A DNA stretch of 64,000 nt from positions 64,001-128,000 of the IMG/VR virus record IMGVR_UViG_3300031992_000018. One strand, 5' to 3'. The notes under the pieces are model-generated. The model did not search any database and had not been told where the DNA came from. It saw only the letters and a list, made by a program, of their open reading frames with translations. The first letter of the stretch is position 1; each line of letters begins with the position of its first letter. The DNA comes from a virus. Lineage: Duplodnaviria; Caudoviricetes. Shown here piece after piece: positions 40,018 to 49,173 of the stretch. Both the position numbers and the translations under genes were made by a program.

Positions 40018-40479
40018 ATGAATAAATACATGATTATTGCTTTACGTCAACGTGCTAAGCAAACAATAAAGGCATTTTCAAAACGTCTTGAGGAATATAA
40101 TTCTATAACAAATTCAAATATTGATTTTCATACATTTTTTGTAGATGTTTTGAATTATTCTGAAGAAGATTATTTGAATTTACTTACTGTTAAAATTAAA
40201 TTTGAAAAAATAAGAAAAGATAGAGAAACTCCTAAGAAGAAAAAAATAGACCAAAATAAATTAATTGAACATGGAATAGGAGATACAGAAAATCCTGAAT
40301 ATAAAAAATACTGGGATATTTTTACAGACTATAATGAAAATTATCTTGGAGATGAATCTATTAAAGGTAAAAAATGCTTAAAGCAATATTTTATTTATAA
40401 ATATAATTATGATGAAGATAAAGCTTATGCTGAATCTAGAAAAATAACATCTATAATTTTTAAAAAGAAAAAGAAGTAA
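40018..40479 (+). CDS. hypothetical protein
   Basis: ATG at 40018. Confidence 0.6.
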   Translation: MNKYMIIALRQRAKQTIKAFSKRLEEYNSITNSNIDFHTFFVDVLNYSEEDYLNLLTVKIKFEKIRKDRETPKKKKIDQNKLIEHGIGDTENPEYKKYWDIFTDYNENYLGDESIKGKKCLKQYFIYKYNYDEDKAYAESRKITSIIFKKKKK

Positions 40480-40481
40480 TT

Positions 40482-41105
40482 ATGGATAAGAGAGAATTTA
40501 TTAGTTATCTTGGTGGTATTAGTGATATTGAAATTGGTATTCGTAAAGAAGCTGCAAGTGTTCATGAAAATGTAAATCAACATTATGATGAACATCCTTA
40601 TTTCTATCATCTTAATAAGGTTGCTACTAATGTAATTAAATTTGGTTATGAAATTATTACTAAAAAAGAAGATATTCTCCCTGTTCTTTTCAGCTCATAT
40701 TTTCATGACTCTATTGAAGATGCAAGACTTACTTATAATGATGTAAGGAAAATTGCAGAGAAGTATATGACTGAAGAACAGGCATTTCTTGCTGTCGAGA
40801 TTATATATGCTCTTACTAATGAAAAGGGAAGGAATAGACATGAAAGAGCAAATGATAAATATTACGCAGGTATTCGTGATATTCCTTATGCTCCTCTTGT
40901 AAAAGCATGTGACCGCCTTTCTAATTATAACTTTGCTAAAGAAACAAAGTCTAGAATGGTAAAGATGTATGAAAAAGAAATGGATAATTTTATTAAAGCT
41001 ATTTCACCACAAGATGAATATGAAAAATATCCTGGAGTTGTACCAATCGATAAAAGATTTACTTTAACTGAAGAATTAATCTCAGCTCTTATGAGTACAG
41101 AATAA
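40482..41105 (+). CDS. HD-domain hydrolase, RelA/SpoT hydrolase (SAH/Mesh1-like)
   Basis: H...NQ.Y...PY..HL..V, HDSIED, ALT, VK.CDRLSN. Confidence 0.8.
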   Translation: MDKREFISYLGGISDIEIGIRKEAASVHENVNQHYDEHPYFYHLNKVATNVIKFGYEIITKKEDILPVLFSSYFHDSIEDARLTYNDVRKIAEKYMTEEQAFLAVEIIYALTNEKGRNRHERANDKYYAGIRDIPYAPLVKACDRLSNYNFAKETKSRMVKMYEKEMDNFIKAISPQDEYEKYPGVVPIDKRFTLTEELISALMSTE

Positions 41106-41124
41106 TGTTTGTTGTTTTAATTAC

Positions 41125-41155
41125 AAAAAAAGAGGTTCATTATTGAACCTCTTTT
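41125..41155. terminator. bidirectional terminator, copy 1 of a duplicated hairpin
   Basis: aaaaaaagaggttcattattgaacctctttt. Confidence 0.8.
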
Positions 41156-41158
41156 AAA

Positions 41159-42046
41159 TTAATCATGATACCATTTAGGAGGATTTTTTTGTAAAGGAGA
41201 TTCTTTAAACATACGTAGCATATTTGTAACATTACTTACATTCCACTTTGATATATCCCCATTAAATTTAGAATTTAAAAACATACAATACATATTAGTA
41301 ACTTTACTTACATCCCAAGATGATATATCTCCATTAAATTCAGTCTTACTAAACATACTTGCCATACTTGTAACATTACTTACATCCCATTTTGATATAT
41401 CACCATTAAATTTAGAATTATAAAACATACTATTCATACCTGTAACATTGCTTACATTCCAAGATGATATATCACTATTAAAATCAGAATCACAAAACAT
41501 TGCCGACATATCAGTAACATTACTTACATCCCAAGAAGATATATCTCCATTAAATGATGAATAATAAAACATCTGTGACATATCAGTAACATTACTTACA
41601 TCCCAAGAAGATATATTTCCATTAAATAATGAATGATAAAACATAGAAATCATATCTTTAACATTACTTACATCCCAAGATGATATATCACCATTAAATT
41701 CAGAACCAGAAAACATTCTTTGCATATTAGTAACATTACTTACATCCCAAGATGATATATTTCCATTAAATTTAGAATTATAGAACATACTATCCATATT
41801 AGTAACATTACTTACATCCCAAGATGATATATTTCCATTAAATTTAGAATTATAGAACATACTATCCATATTAGTAACATTACTTACATCAATATCATTT
41901 AAATCAGCCTTATTTCCTCTTTCTTCAATAAGTTTATCTACTAAAGATTTAAGTTCATCTCTATCTTTAGGTTGATAATTATGTATTGGTTTAATATTTT
42001 TATTAAGATGAAGTTTTTCAAATAAGTAATTATTTAATTCTTTCAT
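41159..42046 (-). CDS. DUF285 / BspA-like repeat protein with CTS-like leader
   Basis: Ten 24-aa repeats WDVSNVT.M..MF....FNG.IS; leader MKELNNYLFEKLHLNKNI. Confidence 0.85.
   Translation of the reverse strand: MKELNNYLFEKLHLNKNIKPIHNYQPKDRDELKSLVDKLIEERGNKADLNDIDVSNVTNMDSMFYNSKFNGNISSWDVSNVTNMDSMFYNSKFNGNISSWDVSNVTNMQRMFSGSEFNGDISSWDVSNVKDMISMFYHSLFNGNISSWDVSNVTDMSQMFYYSSFNGDISSWDVSNVTDMSAMFCDSDFNSDISSWNVSNVTGMNSMFYNSKFNGDISKWDVSNVTSMASMFSKTEFNGDISSWDVSKVTNMYCMFLNSKFNGDISKWNVSNVTNMLRMFKESPLQKNPPKWYHD
41723..41890. repeat. perfect 72-bp tandem repeat (2.3 copies) within the DUF285 array
   Basis: Unit starting catattagtaacattacttacatc at 41723, 41795 and 41867. Confidence 0.9.
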
Positions 42047-42078
42047 TATATGTATAATATATTATTATATATAAAAAT

Positions 42079-42108
42079 AAAAAAGAGGTTCATTTATTGA
42101 ACCTCTTT
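42079..42108. terminator. terminator, copy 2 of the duplicated hairpin
   Basis: aaaaaagaggttcatttattgaacctcttt, identical to 41125 except for 1 loop nt. Confidence 0.8.
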
Positions 42109-42127
42109 CTATTTATATTTTAGTAAA

Positions 42128-43405
42128 TTATTTTTCAAGCATTGCAAGTTCTTTAGCTGCTTTATTAAGAAGAGTAATCTTAACAGGATCATTCTTATAT
42201 TGTTCTGCTAAAAGAGCAATCTTCTTTCTTCTTGCTGCGAATGCTGCTTCTTTATCAGCTTCAAGTTGTTCCTTGATTTGCTGATATTTTTCGGGATCAG
42301 CTTTCTTACAATCTTCATTGATTCTATTTTCATAAACTTCTTTAAGATCAATACCTGTTACTTTAATAACATCCTTAAGAGCTTCTACCATAAAATCATA
42401 AGATTTAACTGAAGTACCAGCATTAAGTGAACGGTTAACTGAAAGAACTACATTATTACCTTCGATAATTGTGCAAATTTCACCTGTAGATGTCTGAAGA
42501 ACATTAACATTATCAAGAGCGCGTACATTATCATAAGCTTCAAATACTTCTGCAATAGCACTTGTAACATTCATCCAATTCATCTTTTCATTTAATGACA
42601 TTGGTTTAGAAACTGTATTACAATACTGAATAAAATCAGCTGCATTACTAAAGCTTTCTTTAAGATCACCTTTTGTAAATACAAGACCTTCATCAGTTAA
42701 AGTAAATCTTGCTGTATCTCCATGAGTACCTTTATATTCATAGAAAATAGAATTATCTTCTCTAGAGAAACTTTCAAGAAGAGCATTAATTCTCTTGAAT
42801 TTAATATCATCACAAACAGCTTCAGTAATATTATTTTCTTCATCTCTCTTATAAGTTTTACCAAGAACTGAGAAATAAGAATCTTTCTTATCTTCACTTT
42901 CTGTAACTACTACATAAGAAATAGGAGTTGTAACAACATATGTAGGAGCATGCATTTCATTAAGAGTTGAAGCATAAACATTCTTAAGAATCTGTCTAAA
43001 TTCAGGAATAAATGTAAGGTTCTTCATTGCACCAGCTTTAAGATATGATACAACTTCACTTTCATTCATTTCAAGAAGTTTATCTACTTGTTCAAGTCCC
43101 ATCTTTGAAAGATAACCATAACTTGAATTATTAGCATTGATTGATTCACAAGCTGTTGCAAGTTGCCAAGAAATATTATTTTCTTTAATAAAACTATTAA
43201 CAGATTCTAAAATTCCTACCAAACCTGCATCGAAACTAAATTTAGCTGCTTCTTTAATAAAGCCATTAACGATACCACAGGTAACTGGATTAGAATAAAT
43301 ATATCCTCTGTAGTTTTGTAACATTTCTTTACCTGCTTCGGTAACTGCTTCAGTTCCGTTTATCTTACTTGCGAAGTCCAGGTTTTTTAGTAATTTTATA
43401 TTCAT
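42128..43405 (-). CDS. probable abundant structural/prohead core protein
   Basis: 425 aa; many [LIV]xE sites (VTE, ILE, LLE, LNE, INE); coiled-coil C-terminus. Confidence 0.5.
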   Translation of the reverse strand: MNIKLLKNLDFASKINGTEAVTEAGKEMLQNYRGYIYSNPVTCGIVNGFIKEAAKFSFDAGLVGILESVNSFIKENNISWQLATACESINANNSSYGYLSKMGLEQVDKLLEMNESEVVSYLKAGAMKNLTFIPEFRQILKNVYASTLNEMHAPTYVVTTPISYVVVTESEDKKDSYFSVLGKTYKRDEENNITEAVCDDIKFKRINALLESFSREDNSIFYEYKGTHGDTARFTLTDEGLVFTKGDLKESFSNAADFIQYCNTVSKPMSLNEKMNWMNVTSAIAEVFEAYDNVRALDNVNVLQTSTGEICTIIEGNNVVLSVNRSLNAGTSVKSYDFMVEALKDVIKVTGIDLKEVYENRINEDCKKADPEKYQQIKEQLEADKEAAFAARRKKIALLAEQYKNDPVKITLLNKAAKELAMLEK

Positions 43406-43499
43406 AGTTTTAATATATTTGGTATATTTATAGAATTTGTAGATTAATTCTACTTTTTATATATAATAATAAAATAATTTTAAAATGTATGATTATTTA

Positions 43500-43721
43500 T
43501 TATATTTTTGTTTTAATATCTTTAATGTCACCAATTTTAATAACAATTGTATTTTCACTACATTTTGCTATTTCCCAATCATCAATTTGATTCCATTCAT
43601 CAAAATCATCATCATCTGGTCTATGCCAAAAGAATTTACCTCTTAAATCAACTTCTAAAATATATCCTTTACCATTATTATTTATATTTTCATTTAAAAG
43701 GAGTTCAACTAAATTTTTCAT
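43500..43721 (-). CDS. putative head-internal protein with CTS-like leader
   Basis: MKNLVELLLNE. Confidence 0.6.
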   Translation of the reverse strand: MKNLVELLLNENINNNGKGYILEVDLRGKFFWHRPDDDDFDEWNQIDDWEIAKCSENTIVIKIGDIKDIKTKI

Positions 43722-43745
43722 AATTATATTATATATTTATTTATT

Positions 43746-44033
43746 TTATACTTTCCAACCAACTGATGTACCAACAGCAGTAAGTATAAGTCTTGATGTA
43801 AATAAACTTCCAAGAGGACCAGTTTCGTTAATACCAAGAGCCTTACAAATTGCTTTCATAACTTTAGGGCCAAATGTAGCACCAGTAATACCACCAACTA
43901 TAGATCCTATAATTCCTTCTTCAATTGGAATATTATTTTCTTTAGCCTCTTGAAGTTTAGCAATTACATTATCATAAGTTAATTCCTCTGTAATAGGAGT
44001 TTCAGTATTTATAAAATCTTCTAATTTTTTCAT
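43746..44033 (-). CDS. CTS-like leader protein with Gly-zipper hydrophobic C-terminal half
   Basis: MKKLEDFINTE..ITEE...IEEGIIGSIVGGITGATFG. Confidence 0.65.
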   Translation of the reverse strand: MKKLEDFINTETPITEELTYDNVIAKLQEAKENNIPIEEGIIGSIVGGITGATFGPKVMKAICKALGINETGPLGSLFTSRLILTAVGTSVGWKV

Positions 44034-44038
44034 ATTAA

Positions 44039-44467
44039 TTATTTAATGATTTTATCTATATCAAAATCAAATTCATCTTTATTATCAACTAAATTCTTTA
44101 TAATTTCATCTTTTGTTCCTATAAAAACTTGATTATCTTCTTCAGAATTTCCAGCAATAGCATTTAATCCAGGACGATAAAAAATATAACTTGTTTCATC
44201 ATATATATTTTTAAAAATTAAATCACCAACCTTAGGTTTATTATTACCTTTATCAGCAAAATAATTACTATTATCATATATAAAGTATTCTTCAATAAAT
44301 TCTTTCATAGAAGAACCTTCTTTAAAATCATCATTTGTTAATATATGATAAGGTTCAATCTCTTTAATTAATTTATTTAATTTACTTTGTGCATTGATTT
44401 CTTTATAATCAATTATATAATATATATCTTTTTTTGTTTCTAAAATATAATCTTTTAAACTTTTCAT
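44039..44467 (-). CDS. putative head-internal protein with CTS-like leader
   Basis: MKSLKDYILE. Confidence 0.65.
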   Translation of the reverse strand: MKSLKDYILETKKDIYYIIDYKEINAQSKLNKLIKEIEPYHILTNDDFKEGSSMKEFIEEYFIYDNSNYFADKGNNKPKVGDLIFKNIYDETSYIFYRPGLNAIAGNSEEDNQVFIGTKDEIIKNLVDNKDEFDFDIDKIIK

Positions 44468-44487
44468 ATTAATTATTTAATAATTTT

Positions 44488-45258
44488 TTATAGTTTTTTA
44501 CCAAGATTATTTATTGGATGAGGAAATTCATTTTTCTTTGCAAGTTCTTCTAAATCTTTTTCATACTTCTCTTTTTCAAAAACAATTGTAAATAAGAAAG
44601 TATAAAGATCATCAAGATTATCAATAGCAACATCAAGTACTTGAGCCCAAGTAATTTCTTTTCTCTTTTCAAGTTTAGTTAAAGTATCTGCTGCATTAAG
44701 TAAAGAATTTTTTATAGAACATTCTTTACCATTAGTACCCATATGTTTAATAGCAAATAATTGAATATCACCATTAGCTCTTAATAAAAGTACAGGTTCT
44801 GATAATTTTTCATCTTTACATATAGATAATATATCATTTCTTAATTTAGGACTCATACACATATTTCCCATATTAGAACATGGTTCATAAAATACAAGTG
44901 GTTCTGAATTGCTTCTTTGATATTCATCATTGAATCTGCATTTATAACTAAATTCTCCATGTGCATTATATAAATCCATTACTTTAGGATAACCTGAAAA
45001 AATCTGTGTATATTTTGTAACAGGATCTAATGGAGTACATGAACTAGGTTCTAAAGTATTTGCACATGGAACGCAAGGATCAACAGTACATGATGCTTCA
45101 CCAGGAATATCACATCCATAAGAGCAACCATCATCACAACATCCACAACATTCAGTTATTTCATATCCTTCAAGATTAGAAAGTTTTTCTACAATATTCT
45201 TATCTAATCCCTTTAAACATATATATTGATTATTTATATATTCAGATAATTTTTTCAT
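44488..45258 (-). CDS. CTS-like leader protein with Cys-rich segment
   Basis: MKKLSEYINN...ITECCGCCDDGCSYGC... Confidence 0.65.
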   Translation of the reverse strand: MKKLSEYINNQYICLKGLDKNIVEKLSNLEGYEITECCGCCDDGCSYGCDIPGEASCTVDPCVPCANTLEPSSCTPLDPVTKYTQIFSGYPKVMDLYNAHGEFSYKCRFNDEYQRSNSEPLVFYEPCSNMGNMCMSPKLRNDILSICKDEKLSEPVLLLRANGDIQLFAIKHMGTNGKECSIKNSLLNAADTLTKLEKRKEITWAQVLDVAIDNLDDLYTFLFTIVFEKEKYEKDLEELAKKNEFPHPINNLGKKL

Positions 45259-45312
45259 ATCTTAATATTATATAATTTTCTATTAAACTTTAGAAAATGT
45301 AGTAATTCTAAT

Positions 45313-45660
45313 TTATTTTACTAATTCTAATACTTTAGCTATAACCTTTTTAAAGATTTCACCAGCCTTTTCAGGTTCATTTTTAAATAATTGTAAACAA
45401 ACTGCACTATGATAAGCATCATATATTTTATTATTTATTTCTTTATCCCATTTTGGAGATTCAAAATAAACATCTAAAGCATTCATAGCTACATCATGAA
45501 TCTTATTTACATCATCATTATTTTTAACATCTAAATCTTTAACATCATCATATTGAGATGATAATTCATTAACCGATATTGCTTTATTTTCATTTATATT
45601 AAAATCAATATCAATTGTATTTGCACTTGCATTGTTTAAATATTCATTTAAGCTTTTCAT
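45313..45660 (-). CDS. putative head-internal protein with CTS-like leader
   Basis: MKSLNEYLNN...NINE. Confidence 0.65.
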   Translation of the reverse strand: MKSLNEYLNNASANTIDIDFNINENKAISVNELSSQYDDVKDLDVKNNDDVNKIHDVAMNALDVYFESPKWDKEINNKIYDAYHSAVCLQLFKNEPEKAGEIFKKVIAKVLELVK

Positions 45661-45677
45661 ATCTTTATATTATTTAT

Positions 45678-45890
45678 TTAATCAAAATATCCACAAGCAT
45701 CCATTTCATCATAAAGTTCTTCTAAAGTTTTGTCTGTAAATGTATCCCACAAAAGATTTAAAATTTCTTCTGTATCTAATTTAGAAAAAGCTTTATTCAT
45801 TTTTTCTTTATAATTATCTCTTTCTGATTGAGACCATTCATTAATTACTTGTTCATCAGTATGATTTAAATATTCATTTAAGTTTTTCAT
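45678..45890 (-). CDS. putative head-internal protein with CTS-like leader, acidic
   Basis: MKNLNEYLNH...VINE. Confidence 0.65.
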   Translation of the reverse strand: MKNLNEYLNHTDEQVINEWSQSERDNYKEKMNKAFSKLDTEEILNLLWDTFTDKTLEELYDEMDACGYFD

Positions 45891-45936
45891 ATCTTTATAT
45901 TATTTATTTATATAATTTTCCATTGAGTTTCATAAA

Positions 45937-46416
45937 TTAATCCCAAGCGGCATCATCATATTCTTTTGTTCTTCTTATATTTTTATAACCATTATCAGTA
46001 TATGAAAGTTTAGTATAAAGATTATTTATTAATTCATAAATAAATCCATAAGGTTTTCCAGGATCTTTTCTTTCAGAACATTGATACTGCCAACTGTCTA
46101 GCCATTTTAATATTTGTACCTCTGAAACTTTTTCTTTAGGTTCAGAATATTTAAATGTAGATTTTGCTGCTTCTGATTTTCCATATCTATAACTTATTGC
46201 ACGACGATTACAATTATATAAATCATTTGCAATTGTTTGTTCATCTGCATCATCATACCATTTTATGTATGTTTTAGTAATTTTTGAAAGTAAATCAGAT
46301 TTATTTATAAATAAGTCATGAATATATTTTGCTAATTGATTAATTACTTCATCACTTTCCATAAATGCAGATTCATTAATGAGTGATTCATTTAAATATT
46401 CATTTAAGTTTTTCAT
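45937..46416 (-). CDS. putative head-internal protein with CTS-like leader
   Basis: MKNLNEYLNESLINE; mature part has LY..N..A...RY and YQCSE motifs. Confidence 0.7.
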   Translation of the reverse strand: MKNLNEYLNESLINESAFMESDEVINQLAKYIHDLFINKSDLLSKITKTYIKWYDDADEQTIANDLYNCNRRAISYRYGKSEAAKSTFKYSEPKEKVSEVQILKWLDSWQYQCSERKDPGKPYGFIYELINNLYTKLSYTDNGYKNIRRTKEYDDAAWD

Positions 46417-46424
46417 ATCTTATA

Positions 46425-46826
46425 TTATATAATTTTCCATTGAGTTTCAGAAACTGTAGTGATTCTCATATTATCAAGACCTTGTTTAAGATAAAGGTCA
46501 AGAATCTTTTGAAGTTCTGTATTGTTATTAGCATAAAAAGGAACAGGATATTTAAGAGTCTTTATTGTTCCATCTTCCTGTTCTACTTCTTCTGCAAATT
46601 TTACTATAAATACTTTGCATGTTTCTTGATATTCTATATTACCAGCTGGTTTAAGATTCTTCATAAGACATACATCTTCAATCTCTCCTTCACCATTTAA
46701 ATATTTTAATACAGCATATCCTGCTTCTGCAAAATTATTTTGATCACTAAGATAATACTCAGTGATAGGTTTTTCTTTACCTTTAGTGGTTAATATATTT
46801 CTACTTACCTTAACTCTGTACCACAT
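46425..46826 (-). CDS. DUF4494-like protein (Bacteroidota family)
   Basis: MWY.VKV......GKEK.ITE.YL....F.EA...; ends VSET..II. Confidence 0.7.
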   Translation of the reverse strand: MWYRVKVSRNILTTKGKEKPITEYYLSDQNNFAEAGYAVLKYLNGEGEIEDVCLMKNLKPAGNIEYQETCKVFIVKFAEEVEQEDGTIKTLKYPVPFYANNNTELQKILDLYLKQGLDNMRITTVSETQWKII

Positions 46827-46838
46827 AATTATTATATA

Positions 46839-47273
46839 TTATATACTTTCTAAATCTATCCATCCGTATTTGCTACTATCTAATTTATCCTGAATTTTTT
46901 CAATAAAATCAATAAAAGAATAAATTACATAATCTCTTGATGGATCAAATTCATCATCATCACCTTTATAATATTTAATATCATCTAAATCTGGATAAAG
47001 ATTATTTATATATTTTTTAAAAATTTCTATTTCCATTTTTAATTCATCTTCTCTTTCTTTAGATTTATAGTTAGTTTCAAAATCTTCTCTTCTTTGAATA
47101 CTTAAAAACTCTCCAATAGATTTATCATCATTATTTATTATAAAAAATTGTTCACCACTAACACCATTATCGTCATAATGATACTGGAAAACTAATAATT
47201 TAATATCATCTATTTTTATATTTTTATTAAGATGAAGTTTTTCTGAAATTAAATATTCATTTAAAGTTTTCAT
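46839..47273 (-). CDS. putative head-internal protein, EKLHLNK leader subfamily
   Basis: MKTLNEYLISEKLHLNKNIK. Confidence 0.7.
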   Translation of the reverse strand: MKTLNEYLISEKLHLNKNIKIDDIKLLVFQYHYDDNGVSGEQFFIINNDDKSIGEFLSIQRREDFETNYKSKEREDELKMEIEIFKKYINNLYPDLDDIKYYKGDDDEFDPSRDYVIYSFIDFIEKIQDKLDSSKYGWIDLESI

Positions 47274-47280
47274 ATATTAT

Positions 47281-47613
47281 TTATTTATTTATTTCATTAT
47301 ATCTTTCAATTATATCTAATAGTAATTGTTTATTAGATATTGGATAAAACATTCTATCAATATAGATTCCAATAATATCTTTTGGTGCTGCAATATCTAA
47401 TTCTTTATCAATCATATTTATTGTATACCATGAATAATCATTTCCTTCTTTTAAAAGAATTTTAGGTAATTGATCAGAATTACTTTTATTTGCATCATAT
47501 CTATTTGTTCTATCGATTACTTTTTTACATGCTTCATCTTTTTCTAAAATAGATTTTACAAATGCAAAAAAAGAATTTTTTCCTTCAGTTATATATTCAT
47601 TTAAATTCTTCAT
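47281..47613 (-). CDS. putative head-internal protein with CTS-like leader
   Basis: MKNLNEYITE. Confidence 0.7.
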   Translation of the reverse strand: MKNLNEYITEGKNSFFAFVKSILEKDEACKKVIDRTNRYDANKSNSDQLPKILLKEGNDYSWYTINMIDKELDIAAPKDIIGIYIDRMFYPISNKQLLLDIIERYNEINK

Positions 47614-47704
47614 TATATTATATAATCTAATTAAATAAAAATAAAATCTTTTGAATTATATTATCAAAATTATCTATAATACATTATCTAAATTAATTAA
47701 TAAA

Positions 47705-47902
47705 ATGAAAAAAATATTTGTTTTAATTATATCATTACTTTGTTTATTTGGTTGTTCTTCACAAGAAAGAGGTTCTAATGGAATTTCTGTTGAAAAGTTT
47801 ACTTATGAACAACATGACTATTTGATGTTTTACACAATAACTGGTCATTTTACTGGAGTAGAACATGATCCAAATTGTTGGTGTATGAATGATTATGATT
47901 AA
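47705..47902 (+). CDS. small lipoprotein
   Basis: MKKIFVLIISLLCLFG-C signal peptide II / lipobox. Confidence 0.7.
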   Translation: MKKIFVLIISLLCLFGCSSQERGSNGISVEKFTYEQHDYLMFYTITGHFTGVEHDPNCWCMNDYD

Positions 47903-48080
47903 ATTTTATATAATATGAGTAAATATCCTAAAATGACACATTATCCATTACCAACTTCTATTAATGGAGAAATTTTTGAACCAGAAAAATATGAGAAATG
48001 TATTCAAGTAGAAGTCAATAAAGATGGTTCAATAGATACTTATGATTTTAATACATGTAAACATTTAGAAAGATATTAAT

Positions 48081-48725
48081 ATGGAAATTACACTTGTTAC
48101 AACATTTGATTTAAGTCAAGATATTACTCTTGATGCTTATAATGAAGATGAAAAAGTAGGTACTGCTGTTATAAAAAATAGTGAACTTACTTATTATAAT
48201 CTTTTGACTCATACTGATGAAAAGTTTACTGAAGATAATCTTAATGAATTTATAGATTTTGTTTCTGAATTTAATCTTAAATTTAAAAAGGTATGGGATA
48301 GAAAATGGATAAAATATAATCCAAATCCTCAGAATAATAACACTGGTGACTGTTCAATTAGAGCTTATTGTAAAGCTGAAAATCTTGAATGGAATACAGC
48401 ATATGATATGGCCACTAAAGTAGGTAAAGAAATGTCAATGATTTGTGATGACCATAAAGTAGTTGATAAGATACTTACTGAAAAATTTGGTTATACTTAT
48501 TACAAAGGAGATCATTGTTTTGTAAAAGATACTGATGGTAAAGGTAAACTTGAGAAAGGAAAAAAGAAAACAATTAATGAGTTTGCTATTGAACATCCTA
48601 AAGGAAAATATATTCTATGGGTTCATGCTCATGTAGTTACAGTAATTGATGGATATTATTATGACTCTTGGGATAGTGGAAATAAAAAGATAAATGGTTA
48701 TTATACAAAAGAAAAAGAGAGGTAA
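48081..48725 (+). CDS. papain-like (Cys-His-Asp) peptidase-fold hypothetical protein
   Basis: NPNP....GDCSIRA, HVVTVIDG.YYDSWDS. Confidence 0.5.
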   Translation: MEITLVTTFDLSQDITLDAYNEDEKVGTAVIKNSELTYYNLLTHTDEKFTEDNLNEFIDFVSEFNLKFKKVWDRKWIKYNPNPQNNNTGDCSIRAYCKAENLEWNTAYDMATKVGKEMSMICDDHKVVDKILTEKFGYTYYKGDHCFVKDTDGKGKLEKGKKKTINEFAIEHPKGKYILWVHAHVVTVIDGYYYDSWDSGNKKINGYYTKEKER

Positions 48726-48740
48726 AAACCTCTCTTTTTT
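48712..48740. terminator. bidirectional terminator
   Basis: aaaaagagaggt-aaaa-acctctctttttt. Confidence 0.8.
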
Positions 48741-49152
48741 ATTTTAGTAATTTATTAAATTCTGATTTAGAAACTTTAGTAAAATTATCAAAATTTTGTG
48801 CCCAATCATAACAAACCTTTTCATAATTATCACCTGTTAAATCTCCACCTTCTAAAGAAAATGTAAAAGATTTAACATTATCAATAAATACATCCATATC
48901 TTCCCATGAACCTTCACCAAATCCAACTTCGCCATCATATTTATCTAAATATGTATGTAATTTACCAACAATTTCTTGTCCTTTTAATTTACCAAAATTA
49001 AAAATAATTACAGCATCACGCATTGTAACATAATAACATGTATCAGGCCAGTCATAAGTATCTGTATTTTTTAACCATTTATTTATAAATTCAAATACTT
49101 CTTTTTCAGATAATGTTTTTGCTTCTAATAAAAATTCTACTAGATTTTTCAT
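48739..49152 (-). CDS. putative head-internal protein with CTS-like leader
   Basis: MKNLVEFLLE. Confidence 0.7.
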   Translation of the reverse strand: MKNLVEFLLEAKTLSEKEVFEFINKWLKNTDTYDWPDTCYYVTMRDAVIIFNFGKLKGQEIVGKLHTYLDKYDGEVGFGEGSWEDMDVFIDNVKSFTFSLEGGDLTGDNYEKVCYDWAQNFDNFTKVSKSEFNKLLK

Positions 49153-49173
49153 AATTTATATATATATTTAATA

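Larger units (their letters stand above)
45232..46467 (-). repeat. dispersed junction repeat (DUF4494 3' end and/or spacer plus CTS-coding start), four copies
   Basis: 45908-45932 identical to 46425-46449 (25/25); 45268-45310 vs 46425-46467 35/43; 45635-45680 vs 45865-45910 45/46. Confidence 0.85.

Noticed and set aside
41159-42046. CRISPR array or DGR template/variable repeat
   Set aside because: The repeats are contiguous in-frame coding units with no unique spacers. No reverse transcriptase is present in the window and variation is not adenine-specific.
45232-46467. True integron (attC/IntI) or CRISPR array
   Set aside because: The junction repeats are not palindromic attC-like sites, the intervening units are whole genes, and no tyrosine recombinase or cas gene lies in the window. 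Kept only as an analogy.
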